NCBI GenBank assembly: GCA_947589325.1 | Contig: CANQAM010000010.1 | Location: 337 to 64,336 of the forward strand | From: an uncultured Bacteroidales bacterium | Lineage (GTDB): Bacteria; Bacteroidota; Bacteroidia; Bacteroidales; UBA11471 | Direction: 5' to 3' | Length of the DNA: 64,000 nucleotides | Shown here: positions 39,523 through 49,253 of the stretch, one piece after another | Numbering within the stretch: the first letter of the stretch is position 1 | Layout of the letters: each line of letters opens with the position of its first letter | Notes under the pieces: model-generated | The model's input: the letters and a program-made list of their open reading frames with translations, nothing else | Told to the model about the DNA's origin: nothing | Database searches by the model: none | Program-made: the position numbers and the translations under genes

Positions 39523-40214
39523 TGGGCTTTGCGCGTTTTCTCGATTTCTCTGATGGCGGGAACGAACAGGCGGTCTTCGATGGAATTGTGCGATGCCAAA
39601 TCTTTTTCGCAGTTGAAAATGTCGAACAGTACGGCATTCAGTTCATTGCTGCCGGCTGCCGGATAATATTTGATAAGAATGTTTTTCAATTCCACGAGTT
39701 TGGCTTCGACGGCATCGTGCTGCCGGCTGAATACTTCGATGTTGTAGTTTTTCGGTACGGTTTTTCCTGCCAGCAGCGCACGGACGTAAGGGAATACCGT
39801 CTGTTCCTCGTACAGCATGTGTTTCTGCACCTCGGCCACATATTCGTCGAAGAAACAGAGTATGGCGAACGATACGTCTTTTTGCCGGCAGTCTATGGCG
39901 TTGAGCAGGCTGCGCCGTATGGCGGGCAGACGGAAGTTGAGAAAATAGTCGTGCGACTTGTGCAGGTATTGCACCAGCGACTCTATGGAAAACGGCGTGT
40001 CGGTCGCTTCCACCTCGTCGGCATCGAGCAGCAGGTTGATGACCGCCAGAAAAGTATCGACATCGACGCCGCTGTCGTAGCATACTTCTTCTATCGTCTT
40101 GTCGCCGAATCCCAATGCTATACCGAAGCGGCTCATTACCAGCAGTACGGAATAGTTTTCGCACACCAGCACGCTCATCGGGTCGCTCTTTTTGTATTTT
40201 CCGAGTTTGTACAT
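39519..40214 (-). CDS. Hemerythrin-domain protein (Ric/YtfE-like)
   Basis: His/Glu ligand motifs HKSHDYF, KHMLYEE, QHDAVE, SHNSIED; ATGA overlap with the LuxR gene; -7 element TACATTTG at 40236-40243 (minus). Confidence 0.8.
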   Translation of the reverse strand: MYKLGKYKKSDPMSVLVCENYSVLLVMSRFGIALGFGDKTIEEVCYDSGVDVDTFLAVINLLLDADEVEATDTPFSIESLVQYLHKSHDYFLNFRLPAIRRSLLNAIDCRQKDVSFAILCFFDEYVAEVQKHMLYEEQTVFPYVRALLAGKTVPKNYNIEVFSRQHDAVEAKLVELKNILIKYYPAAGSNELNAVLFDIFNCEKDLASHNSIEDRLFVPAIREIEKTRKAQ

Positions 40215-40371
40215 CGTCGTGTGTTTTATCCGATACAAATGTAGGAAAAAAAACGAAATGTTGAAAGGTCGGATTTTTTAACCAAGAGCGTAAAATCTTG
40301 AAAGTGTATCGAATAATTTTTTATATTTGCGAAAAATCCTTGCGATGAGTACTTTGTAATTTTATAGAGAT

Positions 40372-42813
40372 ATGAAAAAGTTTATCATGTTTCCGCTGTT
40401 GTGTGTTGCCGTGCTGGCTGTGGCGCAGCCCCGTCAGGAGATTCTCTTGGAAAAGGGGTGGCGGTTTATGCGGGGCGATGTGCCCGAAGCTGCCAATCCG
40501 TCGTTCGACGATTCCGGCTGGCAAAACGTAAAAGTGCCGCACGACTGGGCGATATACGGCCCGTTCGACAAGGATATCGACCGACAGGTCGTCGCTATCG
40601 AGCAAAACGGTGAAACGGTACCCGCCGAGAAAACCGGTCGCACGGGGGCGCTGCCCTATATCGGCGTGGGGTGGTATCGCACCTCGTTTGAAGTGCCGGC
40701 AGGAAAGCGGGCGACACTGCTGTTCGACGGCGCGATGAGCCGTCCGCACGTTTTTCTCAACGGCAGAGAGGTCGGACATTGGGCATACGGATATACCCCG
40801 TTTTATATCGACATCACGCCCTATCTCACGGAAGGGCGCAACACGCTTGCCGTGCGGCTTGAAAATTTTGGGGAAAGCTCCCGCTGGTACCCGGGTGCAG
40901 GACTTTACCGCCCTGTACATCTGATACTTACAGAAGACGTTGCCGTGCGTATGTGGGGCACGCGGGTTACGACGCCCGTCGTTACTGTCGAAAACGCCTT
41001 GGTGCAGGTCGATGCCGAAATAGAAGGGGGCGAGGGTAAACAGCTCGATATTTCGACCGAAGTGTTCGATGCCGACGGCGTTTCGGTCGCTGTCGTCCGC
41101 TCGCAGGAACTGCTGTTCGACGGTACGACGACGGCGCGGCTTACGCTGAAAAATCCCCGCTTGTGGTCGCCGGAGTCGCCGGCGCTTTATACCGCCGTCG
41201 TCTCTATCCGTGAAAACGGCGTGTTGAAAGACGAATATGCCACCCGTTTCGGGGTGCGCAGCATCGCCGTTACGCCCGAATACGGTTTTCTGTTGAACGG
41301 CGTTCCCCGTAAATTCAAAGGTGTGTGTCTGCATCACGATTTGGGCCCCTTGGGAGCAGCGGTGAACAAAGCGGCATTGCGCCGTCAGCTGGCGATACTC
41401 AAAGAAATGGGTTGCGATGCCATACGCACGTCGCACAATATGCCTTCGTCGTGGCAAATGGAACTTTGCGATGAAATGGGACTGATGGTCATGGCGGAGT
41501 CGTTCGACGAGTGGCGGCGTCCCAAATGCAAAAACGGATACCACCTCTTTTTCGATGAATGGGCGGACAAGGATTTGACCAACCTGATATGCTGCCACCG
41601 CAACCACCCGTCGATTGTGATGTGGAGTATCGGCAACGAAGTGGGCGAGCAGGGACGCATCGACGGCGGAAAAGTGGCCAAATATTTGCAGGATATTTGT
41701 CATAGGGAAGACCCCACCCGCCCGGTAACGGCAGGCATGGATCAACCCGACAACGCGATGAAAAACCAGTTCGCCGCCGTGTTCGACGTACCCGGACTGA
41801 ATTATCGTCTGCCCCGTTACGTGGAGAGTTACAGGCGTATGCCGCAGCGGGTTATTCTCGGTTCGGAAACCGCATCGACCGTCAGTTCGAGAGGAGTATA
41901 CAAATTTCCGGTAGAGCTGACGAAAAGTAAGGAGTATGATGATGCGCAGTGTTCGTCGTATGATTTGGGCGCTTGCTGGTGGTCGAATCTGCCCGACGAC
42001 GATTGGGCTTTCCAAGACGACTCGGCGTGGGTCATCGGCGAATTTGTCTGGACAGGATTCGACTACCTCGGCGAGCCGACCCCTTACGATGAAGTATGGC
42101 CTTCGCGCAGTTCTTACTTCGGTATTTGCGATTTGGCTGGCTTGCCGAAAGACCGCTACTACCTCTACCGCAGCCACTGGAACACAGCCGAGCCTACTTT
42201 GCATATCCTGCCCCATTGGAATTGGGAGGGGCGGGAAGGCGAGATAACTCCCGTCTATTGCTACACCGACTGTCCGTCGGCTGAATTGTTCGTAAACGGC
42301 GTGTCGCAAGGGCGCCGTTACAAAGAACCTTCGCAGCCTTACGACCGCTACCGCATTCGCTGGAACGATGTCGTCTACGCACCGGGTGCGATAAAGGTCG
42401 TTGCCTACGATGCCGACGGTCGCGCCGTCGCCGAGAAAGAGGTGCGTACCGCCGGACGTCCGCATCATTTGGCCTTGACGCCCGACCGCAAGGTCTTGAC
42501 AGCCGACGGCAGCGATATGGCTTTCGTTACCGTGCAGGCGGTCGATAAGGAGGGGAATCCCTGTCCGTTGGCCGACAACGAACTCCGTTTCGCCGTGAAA
42601 GGCGCCGGCACGTATCGCGCTGCCTGCAACGGCGATGCCACCTCTGTCGAGATATTCCACCGGCCGGTCATGCACCTGTTCAACGGGCAGCTGGTCGTAC
42701 TCGTGCAGGCGGGCGAAGAAGCCGGCGAAATAACCCTTTCCGTTTCGGGAAAGGGATTGAAGACGGCACGGCTTACCCTCGAAACGAAATCGGATAATCT
42801 TTCTCAAAAATAA
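40372..42813 (+). CDS. Glycoside hydrolase family 2 (beta-galactosidase-like)
   Basis: VPHDWAI, FDGAMS, KGVCLHHDLGPLG, IRTSHN, WSIGNE (acid/base), GSET, WTGFDYLGEP; -7 element TATATTTG at 40322-40329. Confidence 0.93.
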   Translation: MKKFIMFPLLCVAVLAVAQPRQEILLEKGWRFMRGDVPEAANPSFDDSGWQNVKVPHDWAIYGPFDKDIDRQVVAIEQNGETVPAEKTGRTGALPYIGVGWYRTSFEVPAGKRATLLFDGAMSRPHVFLNGREVGHWAYGYTPFYIDITPYLTEGRNTLAVRLENFGESSRWYPGAGLYRPVHLILTEDVAVRMWGTRVTTPVVTVENALVQVDAEIEGGEGKQLDISTEVFDADGVSVAVVRSQELLFDGTTTARLTLKNPRLWSPESPALYTAVVSIRENGVLKDEYATRFGVRSIAVTPEYGFLLNGVPRKFKGVCLHHDLGPLGAAVNKAALRRQLAILKEMGCDAIRTSHNMPSSWQMELCDEMGLMVMAESFDEWRRPKCKNGYHLFFDEWADKDLTNLICCHRNHPSIVMWSIGNEVGEQGRIDGGKVAKYLQDICHREDPTRPVTAGMDQPDNAMKNQFAAVFDVPGLNYRLPRYVESYRRMPQRVILGSETASTVSSRGVYKFPVELTKSKEYDDAQCSSYDLGACWWSNLPDDDWAFQDDSAWVIGEFVWTGFDYLGEPTPYDEVWPSRSSYFGICDLAGLPKDRYYLYRSHWNTAEPTLHILPHWNWEGREGEITPVYCYTDCPSAELFVNGVSQGRRYKEPSQPYDRYRIRWNDVVYAPGAIKVVAYDADGRAVAEKEVRTAGRPHHLALTPDRKVLTADGSDMAFVTVQAVDKEGNPCPLADNELRFAVKGAGTYRAACNGDATSVEIFHRPVMHLFNGQLVVLVQAGEEAGEITLSVSGKGLKTARLTLETKSDNLSQK

Positions 42814-42816
42814 ATC

Positions 42817-43578
42817 ATGAAAAAACTCTTGTTCCTTTTTATCGCCTTCGTTGCGGCGGGTCGCCTTTCCGCGCAAGACTTGCATATCGTGTTCATCGGC
42901 AACAGCATTACGCAGGGCGCCCAGCTTGCCGACGTGGGGACAGAGGCGCCGCCTGCGCGGGCGGCAGCATATCTGGCGGAACATCTGCGGGGAAAGGTCG
43001 ATTTCCGGAACTGCGGATTCAGCGGGCGCACGACACTCAATTTCCTGCCGGTGAACAATACCGAGTTTCGGAAAGTGCTGGCGGCTGCCGATGCGCTTTC
43101 TACCGAAAAAGGCGTGCTGCTCTTTTCGATTATGCTGGGTACGAACGACAGCGCCGAGCGCGGTCCGCTCGGTGCGCCGGTGCACCCGTCGGTCTATTAT
43201 ACCAATCTGCAAGCTATCATCGATGCCCTGCTCGAAAAATATCCGAAAAGCATCGTCGTGCTGCACCGTCCGATATGGTATAGCCCCAATACCTACAACA
43301 CGGCGACCTATCTGGCGGGTGGCTTGAAGCGGCTGCAATCGTATGCGCCCATGCTCGACAAGTTGGTCGTCCGCTATGCCGAGCGCTGTCCCGACCGCGT
43401 TTTTGCGGGCGATACGACGGCTTTCGGCTATTTTCGGGAGAATTATTCCCGCTTCAAACCCGAGCAGGGACAGGCGGGCACGTTCTATCTTCACCCCAAC
43501 AAAGCGGGTGCCGACGATTTGGGCCGCTTCTGGGCGGAGGCTGTTTTGCGCGTGCTTCCGCAGAAAATGAAAAAATAA
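42817..43578 (+). CDS. SGNH/GDSL-family esterase (probable carbohydrate deacetylase)
   Basis: FIGNSIT (block I), CGFSG, MLGTND, YLHPN; signal peptide. Confidence 0.8.
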   Translation: MKKLLFLFIAFVAAGRLSAQDLHIVFIGNSITQGAQLADVGTEAPPARAAAYLAEHLRGKVDFRNCGFSGRTTLNFLPVNNTEFRKVLAAADALSTEKGVLLFSIMLGTNDSAERGPLGAPVHPSVYYTNLQAIIDALLEKYPKSIVVLHRPIWYSPNTYNTATYLAGGLKRLQSYAPMLDKLVVRYAERCPDRVFAGDTTAFGYFRENYSRFKPEQGQAGTFYLHPNKAGADDLGRFWAEAVLRVLPQKMKK

Positions 43579-43610
43579 TTTGGATAATCGGTTATAAGTC
43601 CGTATATTTG
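43579..43610 (+). promoter_or_regulatory. Canonical promoter for GH43-GH51-GH51
   Basis: TTTG, 20 nt spacer, TATATTTG. Confidence 0.7.
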
Positions 43611-43645
43611 GCTTCACAAGTGTAAAAATTACACTTAATGGTGCC

Positions 43646-44635
43646 ATGAAAAAATTTCTTTGTTCTCTGTTTTGTATCGTCTTGTGGAGTATTTCGGCTC
43701 TTTGTGCCGGCAGCGAACCCGACAGCCTATATCTGTTTTCGTACTTCACCAACCGCGATGCCAACACGCACGGTATGCACTATGCGTGGAGCCGCGACGG
43801 GTACGAATGGCACACAGTGGGCGCGCCGCTCGGATTTTTGCGCCCCGACCCCGAAAGCGATGCGCCGCGTCTGCGCGACCCGTTCATCATGCAGGGCAAA
43901 GACGGTACGTGGCACTGCGTGTGGACTACCGGCTGGGAAACGCCCCATATCGGATATGCCGCCTCGCCCGACCTGCTGCATTGGAGCGCGCCGCGTTTTC
44001 TGCGGGTGATGGAGAGCGCGGGCTATGAGCCGCGTAACTGTTGGGCGCCGGAGATGCTCTACGACGAGGCGAACGATTCATACCTGATTTTCTGGGCAAG
44101 CACGATAAAGGTCGGCGGCGAATGGCGCGTCGAAAAAGGAAAGAAATACGACAACCGCATCTATTATACGACCACGCGCGACTTCGAGCATTTTACGCCT
44201 GCCCGCCTGCTGTTCGATTACGGCTACAACGTCATTGACGCGACCGTGCGTCGCATCGGCGACACCTATTATATGATATATAAAGATGAACGCGAACTGC
44301 CCGAGCCGCACAAATACCTGTTGGTGGCAACAGCGCCGGCGGCGACGGGACCCTACCTGCCTCTTACCGGCGAGCCTTTTACGCCGGCGTGGGTCGAAGG
44401 TCCGTCGTTCATACAGCTGCCCGACAGCAGTTACATCTGCTATATGGACAATTATCGCAGGCACGTTTACAGCGCGATGACCACGCGCGACTTCATACAC
44501 TGGCGCGAAGCCCCGTGCAAACTTTCCATGCCGTCGGGCGCCGCGCACGGTGCCGTGCAGCGGGTGGCTGCGACGGCGGTCGATTCGCTGCTGCGCTATG
44601 CTGCCGAGACAACTCCTCTCAAAATAAACGAATAA
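43646..44635 (+). CDS. Glycoside hydrolase family 43
   Basis: RLRDPFI, NCWAPE, NVIDAT, WVEGPS five-bladed propeller catalytic motifs. Confidence 0.85.
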   Translation: MKKFLCSLFCIVLWSISALCAGSEPDSLYLFSYFTNRDANTHGMHYAWSRDGYEWHTVGAPLGFLRPDPESDAPRLRDPFIMQGKDGTWHCVWTTGWETPHIGYAASPDLLHWSAPRFLRVMESAGYEPRNCWAPEMLYDEANDSYLIFWASTIKVGGEWRVEKGKKYDNRIYYTTTRDFEHFTPARLLFDYGYNVIDATVRRIGDTYYMIYKDERELPEPHKYLLVATAPAATGPYLPLTGEPFTPAWVEGPSFIQLPDSSYICYMDNYRRHVYSAMTTRDFIHWREAPCKLSMPSGAAHGAVQRVAATAVDSLLRYAAETTPLKINE

Positions 44636-44646
44636 AAAGACAGAAT

Positions 44647-46599
44647 ATGAAATCGAAAGTTTTAATCCTCGCTCTTGCTCTTGCCGCGACGACACTCGGT
44701 GCGTCGGCACAGCGCGTACTCGACATTTCGATGAAGCCGCGTGCGGAAATCAATCCCGAAATGTACGGCATCTTTTTTGAAGACATCAATTTCGGCGCCG
44801 ATGGAGGCTTGTATGCCGAGTTGGTGAAAAACCGCTCTTTCGAGTTCGACTACCCGCTGATGGGGTGGACGCCTTTCGGTCGGGTGTCGGTCGAAACCGA
44901 GCATCCGGCATTTGAGCGCAATCCGCATTACGTACGTCTTACCGGAGGCGACGGCTATAAAAAGTCGGGCTTGCAGAACGACGGATTCGTCGATGGCATG
45001 GGCGTGAAATCCGGTGCGGAGTATCGCCTCTCTTTCTATGCCCGTGTGCAAAGCGGAGCACCGGTGAAGCTGCGTTTCGAGTTGATTACGAATGACAATA
45101 ATATTATGACGGCGAAAGAAATCGAAGTTTCTTCGCCTGAATGGGAAAAGCAGACTTTGCTGCTGAAAGCCCGCAAGGACGATGCCCATGCCCGTCTGCG
45201 CATGACCCTGCTTTCGTCGGGTACGGTCGATGTCGAGCATATATCGCTCTTTCCTGTCGATACGTGGAAGGGGCGCGAAAACGGGTTGCGGAAAGATTTG
45301 GCGCAAGCCCTCTGCGACCTGCACCCGGGCGTGCTGCGCTTCCCGGGCGGCTGCATTGTCGAGGGAACGACCATTGCAAACCGCTACCAATGGAAAAATA
45401 CGGTGGGCGCGGTCGAGAACCGTCCCTGCAACGACAACCGTTGGCATTATTCGTTTCGGGATCGTCTCTATCCCGATTATTTTCAAAGCTGCGGGCTCGG
45501 CTTCTATGAATATATGCTCTTGTGCGAGGACATCGGCGCACAGCCGCTGCCCGTACTCAATTGCGGCATGGCGTGCCAGTACCAGTCGTGCGAGTTAGTG
45601 CCGCTCGATTCGCTGCAACCTTATATTCAAGATGCTATCGACCTCGTGGAGTTTGCCAACGGCGACACCTCCACCGTGTGGGGCAGGCTGCGCGCCGACA
45701 TGGGGCACCCTGCGCCTTTCGGTCTGAAATACATTGCTGTGGGCAACGAACAGTGGGGCGAAGAGTTTGTGAAACGTGAAGCCCTTTTTGTCGAGGCCTT
45801 GCGCCGTCGTTGTCCCGAAATTCTCGTGGTCGGTTCGGCGGGCCCTCTTTCCGACGGCGAGCAGTTCGATTACCTGTGGCAGGAAATGAAGCGCCTTCGC
45901 GTCGATTTGGTCGATGAGCATTATTACCGTCCGCCCGAGTGGTTCTTCGCCAATGCCGACCGTTACGACGCCTACGACCGCAAAGCTCCGAAAGTCTATG
46001 CCGGCGAGTATGCCTCGCACCATAAGACACGTGCCAACAATTTCGAGGCGGCGCTCTCCGAAGCGGCTTTCCTCACGGGCGTGGAGCGCAACGCCGACGT
46101 GGTGCGGCTGGCTACGTATGCGCCGCTTTTCGCCCACGCGGAGGCATGGCAGTGGCGCCCCGACCTGATATGGTTCGACAACACGCGGGTGCTGCTCACC
46201 CCGAATTACTACGTGCAGCAACTCTATTCGCTGAACAAGGGCACGCACACGCTCGCACTTACCGAAAACGGCGTGCCGCCGACGGGACAGGAGGGGCTGT
46301 ATGCCTCTGCGGTGCTCGACAAGGAACGCAGCTGCGTGGTGGTGAAAGCGGTCAATGCTTCCGACCGCGAGATGCCGCTCGTCGTGCGCCTTAACGGCTT
46401 GAGCCGCAAGCAGGCGCCGGCTGCCGAAGGCACGGTGGTATATATGCAGAGCGATGACGGGTCGGCAGTCAATACGTTCGACAATCCGGCGGCAGTCGTT
46501 CCGCATACGGAAGCGATAGCTCTCTCCGCCGACGGCTGTACGTTCACCGCGATGCCGTACTCCTTTCAAATCGTTACGATACCTCTTATACGCAAATAA
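44647..46599 (+). CDS. Alpha-L-arabinofuranosidase, GH51 (long form with a CBM-like insert)
   Basis: YGIFFEDIN..ADGGLYAELVKNRSFE, LRFPGGCIVEG, IAVGNEQWG, DEHYY, GEYA. Start set at MKSKVLIL. Confidence 0.92.
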   Translation: MKSKVLILALALAATTLGASAQRVLDISMKPRAEINPEMYGIFFEDINFGADGGLYAELVKNRSFEFDYPLMGWTPFGRVSVETEHPAFERNPHYVRLTGGDGYKKSGLQNDGFVDGMGVKSGAEYRLSFYARVQSGAPVKLRFELITNDNNIMTAKEIEVSSPEWEKQTLLLKARKDDAHARLRMTLLSSGTVDVEHISLFPVDTWKGRENGLRKDLAQALCDLHPGVLRFPGGCIVEGTTIANRYQWKNTVGAVENRPCNDNRWHYSFRDRLYPDYFQSCGLGFYEYMLLCEDIGAQPLPVLNCGMACQYQSCELVPLDSLQPYIQDAIDLVEFANGDTSTVWGRLRADMGHPAPFGLKYIAVGNEQWGEEFVKREALFVEALRRRCPEILVVGSAGPLSDGEQFDYLWQEMKRLRVDLVDEHYYRPPEWFFANADRYDAYDRKAPKVYAGEYASHHKTRANNFEAALSEAAFLTGVERNADVVRLATYAPLFAHAEAWQWRPDLIWFDNTRVLLTPNYYVQQLYSLNKGTHTLALTENGVPPTGQEGLYASAVLDKERSCVVVKAVNASDREMPLVVRLNGLSRKQAPAAEGTVVYMQSDDGSAVNTFDNPAAVVPHTEAIALSADGCTFTAMPYSFQIVTIPLIRK

Positions 46600-46614
46600 T
46601 CTAATATCCGTTAT

Positions 46615-48144
46615 ATGAAAAAACATCTGTTTCTGTTTTCATTCCTCGTTTGCGCTGTCGCTGCGGGCGCGCAAACCGTGAACATCGCCGTGCACCCCTC
46701 GCAGGGCACGCAGAAAATCAGCCGCCATATCTACGGGCAGTTTGCCGAACATCTGGGCACCTGCATCTATGGCGGCTTGTGGGTCGGTGAAGATTCGGAA
46801 ATTCCGAATACGCAAGGCTATCGCACCGATGTGCTCGAGGCGCTCAAACGCCTCCGCATTCCCAACCTCCGCTGGCCCGGCGGCTGCTTTGCCGACGAAT
46901 ACCACTGGATGGACGGTATCGGACCCCGCGAAAACCGTCCGAAGATGAGCAACAACAATTGGGGCGGACTGATAGAAGACAACAGCTTCGGCACGCACGA
47001 ATTTCTCAACCTCTGCGAAATTCTCGGCTGCGAGCCTTACGTCAGCGCCAATGTGGGCAGCGGCACGGTCGAGGAACTGGCGAAGTGGGTCGAGTACATG
47101 ACCTCCGACGGCGACACCCCGATGGCTAACCTGCGCCGCCAAAACGGCCGCGACAAGGCTTGGAAAGTGCATTTCATCGGCGTGGGCAACGAGAGCTGGG
47201 GCTGCGGGGGCAACATGCGTCCCGAATATTATGCCGACCTCTACCGCCGCTATTCCACCTATTGCCGCAACTACGATGGAAACCGCCTGTTCAAAATCGC
47301 CAGCGGTGCCGGCGACTACGACCTCCATTGGACGGAGACCCTGATGCAGCAGGTCGGCACCCGCATGAACGGCATTTCGCTGCACTACTACACCGTAACC
47401 GGCTGGCACGGCCCCAAAGGTTCAGCCACCGACTTCGATGCCGAAGATTTCTATTGGACGATAGGCAAGTGCCTCGACATCGAAAACGTCATTCGCCAAC
47501 ACATTGCCGTCATGGACAAGTACGACAAGGCGAAGCGCGTGGGGTTGATGGTCGATGAATGGGGCACGTGGTGGGAACCGGAGCCGGGTACGCAGCTTTT
47601 CCAGCAGAACACTCTGCGCGACGCTTTCGTGGCAGCCCTTTCGTTGAATGTTTTTCACAAATACACCGACCGCATACGCATGGCGAATATCGCGCAAATC
47701 GTCAATGTGTTGCAATCGATGATTCTCACGCGCGGCGACAAAATGGTGCTGACGCCCACCTATTACGTTTTTGAAATGTACCGTCCGCATCAGGACGCCA
47801 CGTTCCTGCCGCTCGACATCGATACGCCTACCCGCACCGTGCGCGACGACCGCGTGGTGCCGGTGGTCGACGCCACCGCCTCGCGCGATGCCGACGGGCG
47901 CATACACCTTTCGCTCGTGAATATCGACGTCGATAAGGCGCAACGAGTGCGCATATCGCTCGATGAGGTGAAGCCCGTCCGCATATCGGGCACGATACTG
48001 ACGTCGAAGAAAATCACTGACCTCAATACTTTTGAAAAGCCCAATCGCGTAAAACCCGAACCGTTCAAAGGCGCGAAACTCGCCGGCGGTGTCGTAGAGG
48101 TAACCCTTCCCGCCCACGCTATCGTGGCGCTGGAAGTGGAATAG
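46615..48144 (+). CDS. Alpha-L-arabinofuranosidase, GH51 (short form)
   Basis: [62 protein letters not shown]. Confidence 0.93.
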   Translation: MKKHLFLFSFLVCAVAAGAQTVNIAVHPSQGTQKISRHIYGQFAEHLGTCIYGGLWVGEDSEIPNTQGYRTDVLEALKRLRIPNLRWPGGCFADEYHWMDGIGPRENRPKMSNNNWGGLIEDNSFGTHEFLNLCEILGCEPYVSANVGSGTVEELAKWVEYMTSDGDTPMANLRRQNGRDKAWKVHFIGVGNESWGCGGNMRPEYYADLYRRYSTYCRNYDGNRLFKIASGAGDYDLHWTETLMQQVGTRMNGISLHYYTVTGWHGPKGSATDFDAEDFYWTIGKCLDIENVIRQHIAVMDKYDKAKRVGLMVDEWGTWWEPEPGTQLFQQNTLRDAFVAALSLNVFHKYTDRIRMANIAQIVNVLQSMILTRGDKMVLTPTYYVFEMYRPHQDATFLPLDIDTPTRTVRDDRVVPVVDATASRDADGRIHLSLVNIDVDKAQRVRISLDEVKPVRISGTILTSKKITDLNTFEKPNRVKPEPFKGAKLAGGVVEVTLPAHAIVALEVE

Positions 48145-48178
48145 TTGCAGGCACGTAGCTTGCTGCGCTGCGAAAACA

Positions 48179-48216
48179 AAAGACCTTGCACGGTCGATCC
48201 GTGCAAGGTCTTTGTG
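48179..48216. terminator. Bidirectional intrinsic terminator
   Basis: Perfect 15 bp stem AAAGACCTTGCACGG / CCGTGCAAGGTCTTT, between convergent genes. Confidence 0.88.
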
Positions 48217-48251
48217 TATTCATGCGATTTCGATTGTTTTTGCTCGATAGA

Positions 48252-49064
48252 TTATAAATATTTATCTACGCCGTCGGTGCAGCGCACGATTTTCCGTTCG
48301 CTCTGCATTCTCATGTGCTGCATATTCTTATCTTTATTATACATGAACTTGTCTTCGTGCCAAAGATGATAAACAATACCGGCGAATTTTAAGTATCGTT
48401 TTGACAGCCCGCTGTTTTGCAAACGTTCGCCTAAATCGATGTCTTCACCGCCCCAACCTTCATAAAATTCATCGTAACCGTTTATTTTGATGAAATCATC
48501 ACGAAAGAAAGACATATTGCAGCCCAATGCGCTCGAACGTTTCTTTCGGTATCTTGGAGCCAAAAAGCGCGCCACCCAGATGCAATGTATAGCATTCTCG
48601 GGTTTGCTTTCGATGCCCTTTGTCCAAAAATGTATCGGACGCGCCGAACCTGCCTTGCAAATTTTTTCCGTCAGTTCTTTGCCCAAATTCACTCTTCCGC
48701 CTTTTACATAAATGCCATGACCGGCTTCCCGAATATGGTCTGCTATGAACTTTGGGTGCAGGAATACATCGCCGTCTATCTCGATGATATAGTTTCCCGT
48801 ACTCCGCGCTACACACTTGTTGCGCATCATCGCCAATCGAAACCCTTTATCTTCATGCCATATATGGATAATCGGAAACGGCGCCTGTTTTTGCAACTTT
48901 GTTATTAACAAAGCGGTTTCTTCCGTCGAGCCGTCGTCTCCTACGATAACTTCATCGGGCAGGATTGTTTGTTTGAACAAACTGGTTAAGCAGACTTGCA
49001 GCGCATCGCAACGGTTGTACGTGGAAACTATTACGGAAATCCTTCCCAAATTCTTGCTATCCAT
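48252..49064 (-). CDS. Glycosyltransferase family 2, stand-alone and AT-richer
   Basis: ISVIVSTYN, VGDDGS, IEIDGD, GCNMSF, NGYDEFYEGWGGED. Confidence 0.88.
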   Translation of the reverse strand: MDSKNLGRISVIVSTYNRCDALQVCLTSLFKQTILPDEVIVGDDGSTEETALLITKLQKQAPFPIIHIWHEDKGFRLAMMRNKCVARSTGNYIIEIDGDVFLHPKFIADHIREAGHGIYVKGGRVNLGKELTEKICKAGSARPIHFWTKGIESKPENAIHCIWVARFLAPRYRKKRSSALGCNMSFFRDDFIKINGYDEFYEGWGGEDIDLGERLQNSGLSKRYLKFAGIVYHLWHEDKFMYNKDKNMQHMRMQSERKIVRCTDGVDKYL

Positions 49065-49253
49065 TTATTGCCAAATTTTAAGTCAATCGACAGATTTTCT
49101 CGATACATGCTTACTTTTTTATTTCGAGAATATTCTGTAATTTATTATTTACCCGCTCGCAAAATTATAAAATATTTAATCTGGCAATAACAAATTCATA
49201 AAAAATTTTTCAAAATACAGTAGCAGGGCAGAGTCTGGTAGGGGTGGGAGCCG

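Noticed and set aside
42811-42819. GH2 and esterase in the same frame separated by TAA-ATC-ATG (possible readthrough fusion)
   Set aside because: The esterase has its own signal peptide and TAA is a poor readthrough codon.
40321-43767. 1148-aa minus-strand ORF, the longest unexplained one
   Set aside because: Shadow of GH2 and the SGNH esterase, which happen to share a frame; no domain signal.
44389-44646. Upstream extensions given by the ORF track (also 50681 for TolC, 60547 for U32, 54836 for the permease, 60171 for asnA)
   Set aside because: They overlap real upstream genes or promoters; the downstream ATGs give proper signal peptides or family N-termini.
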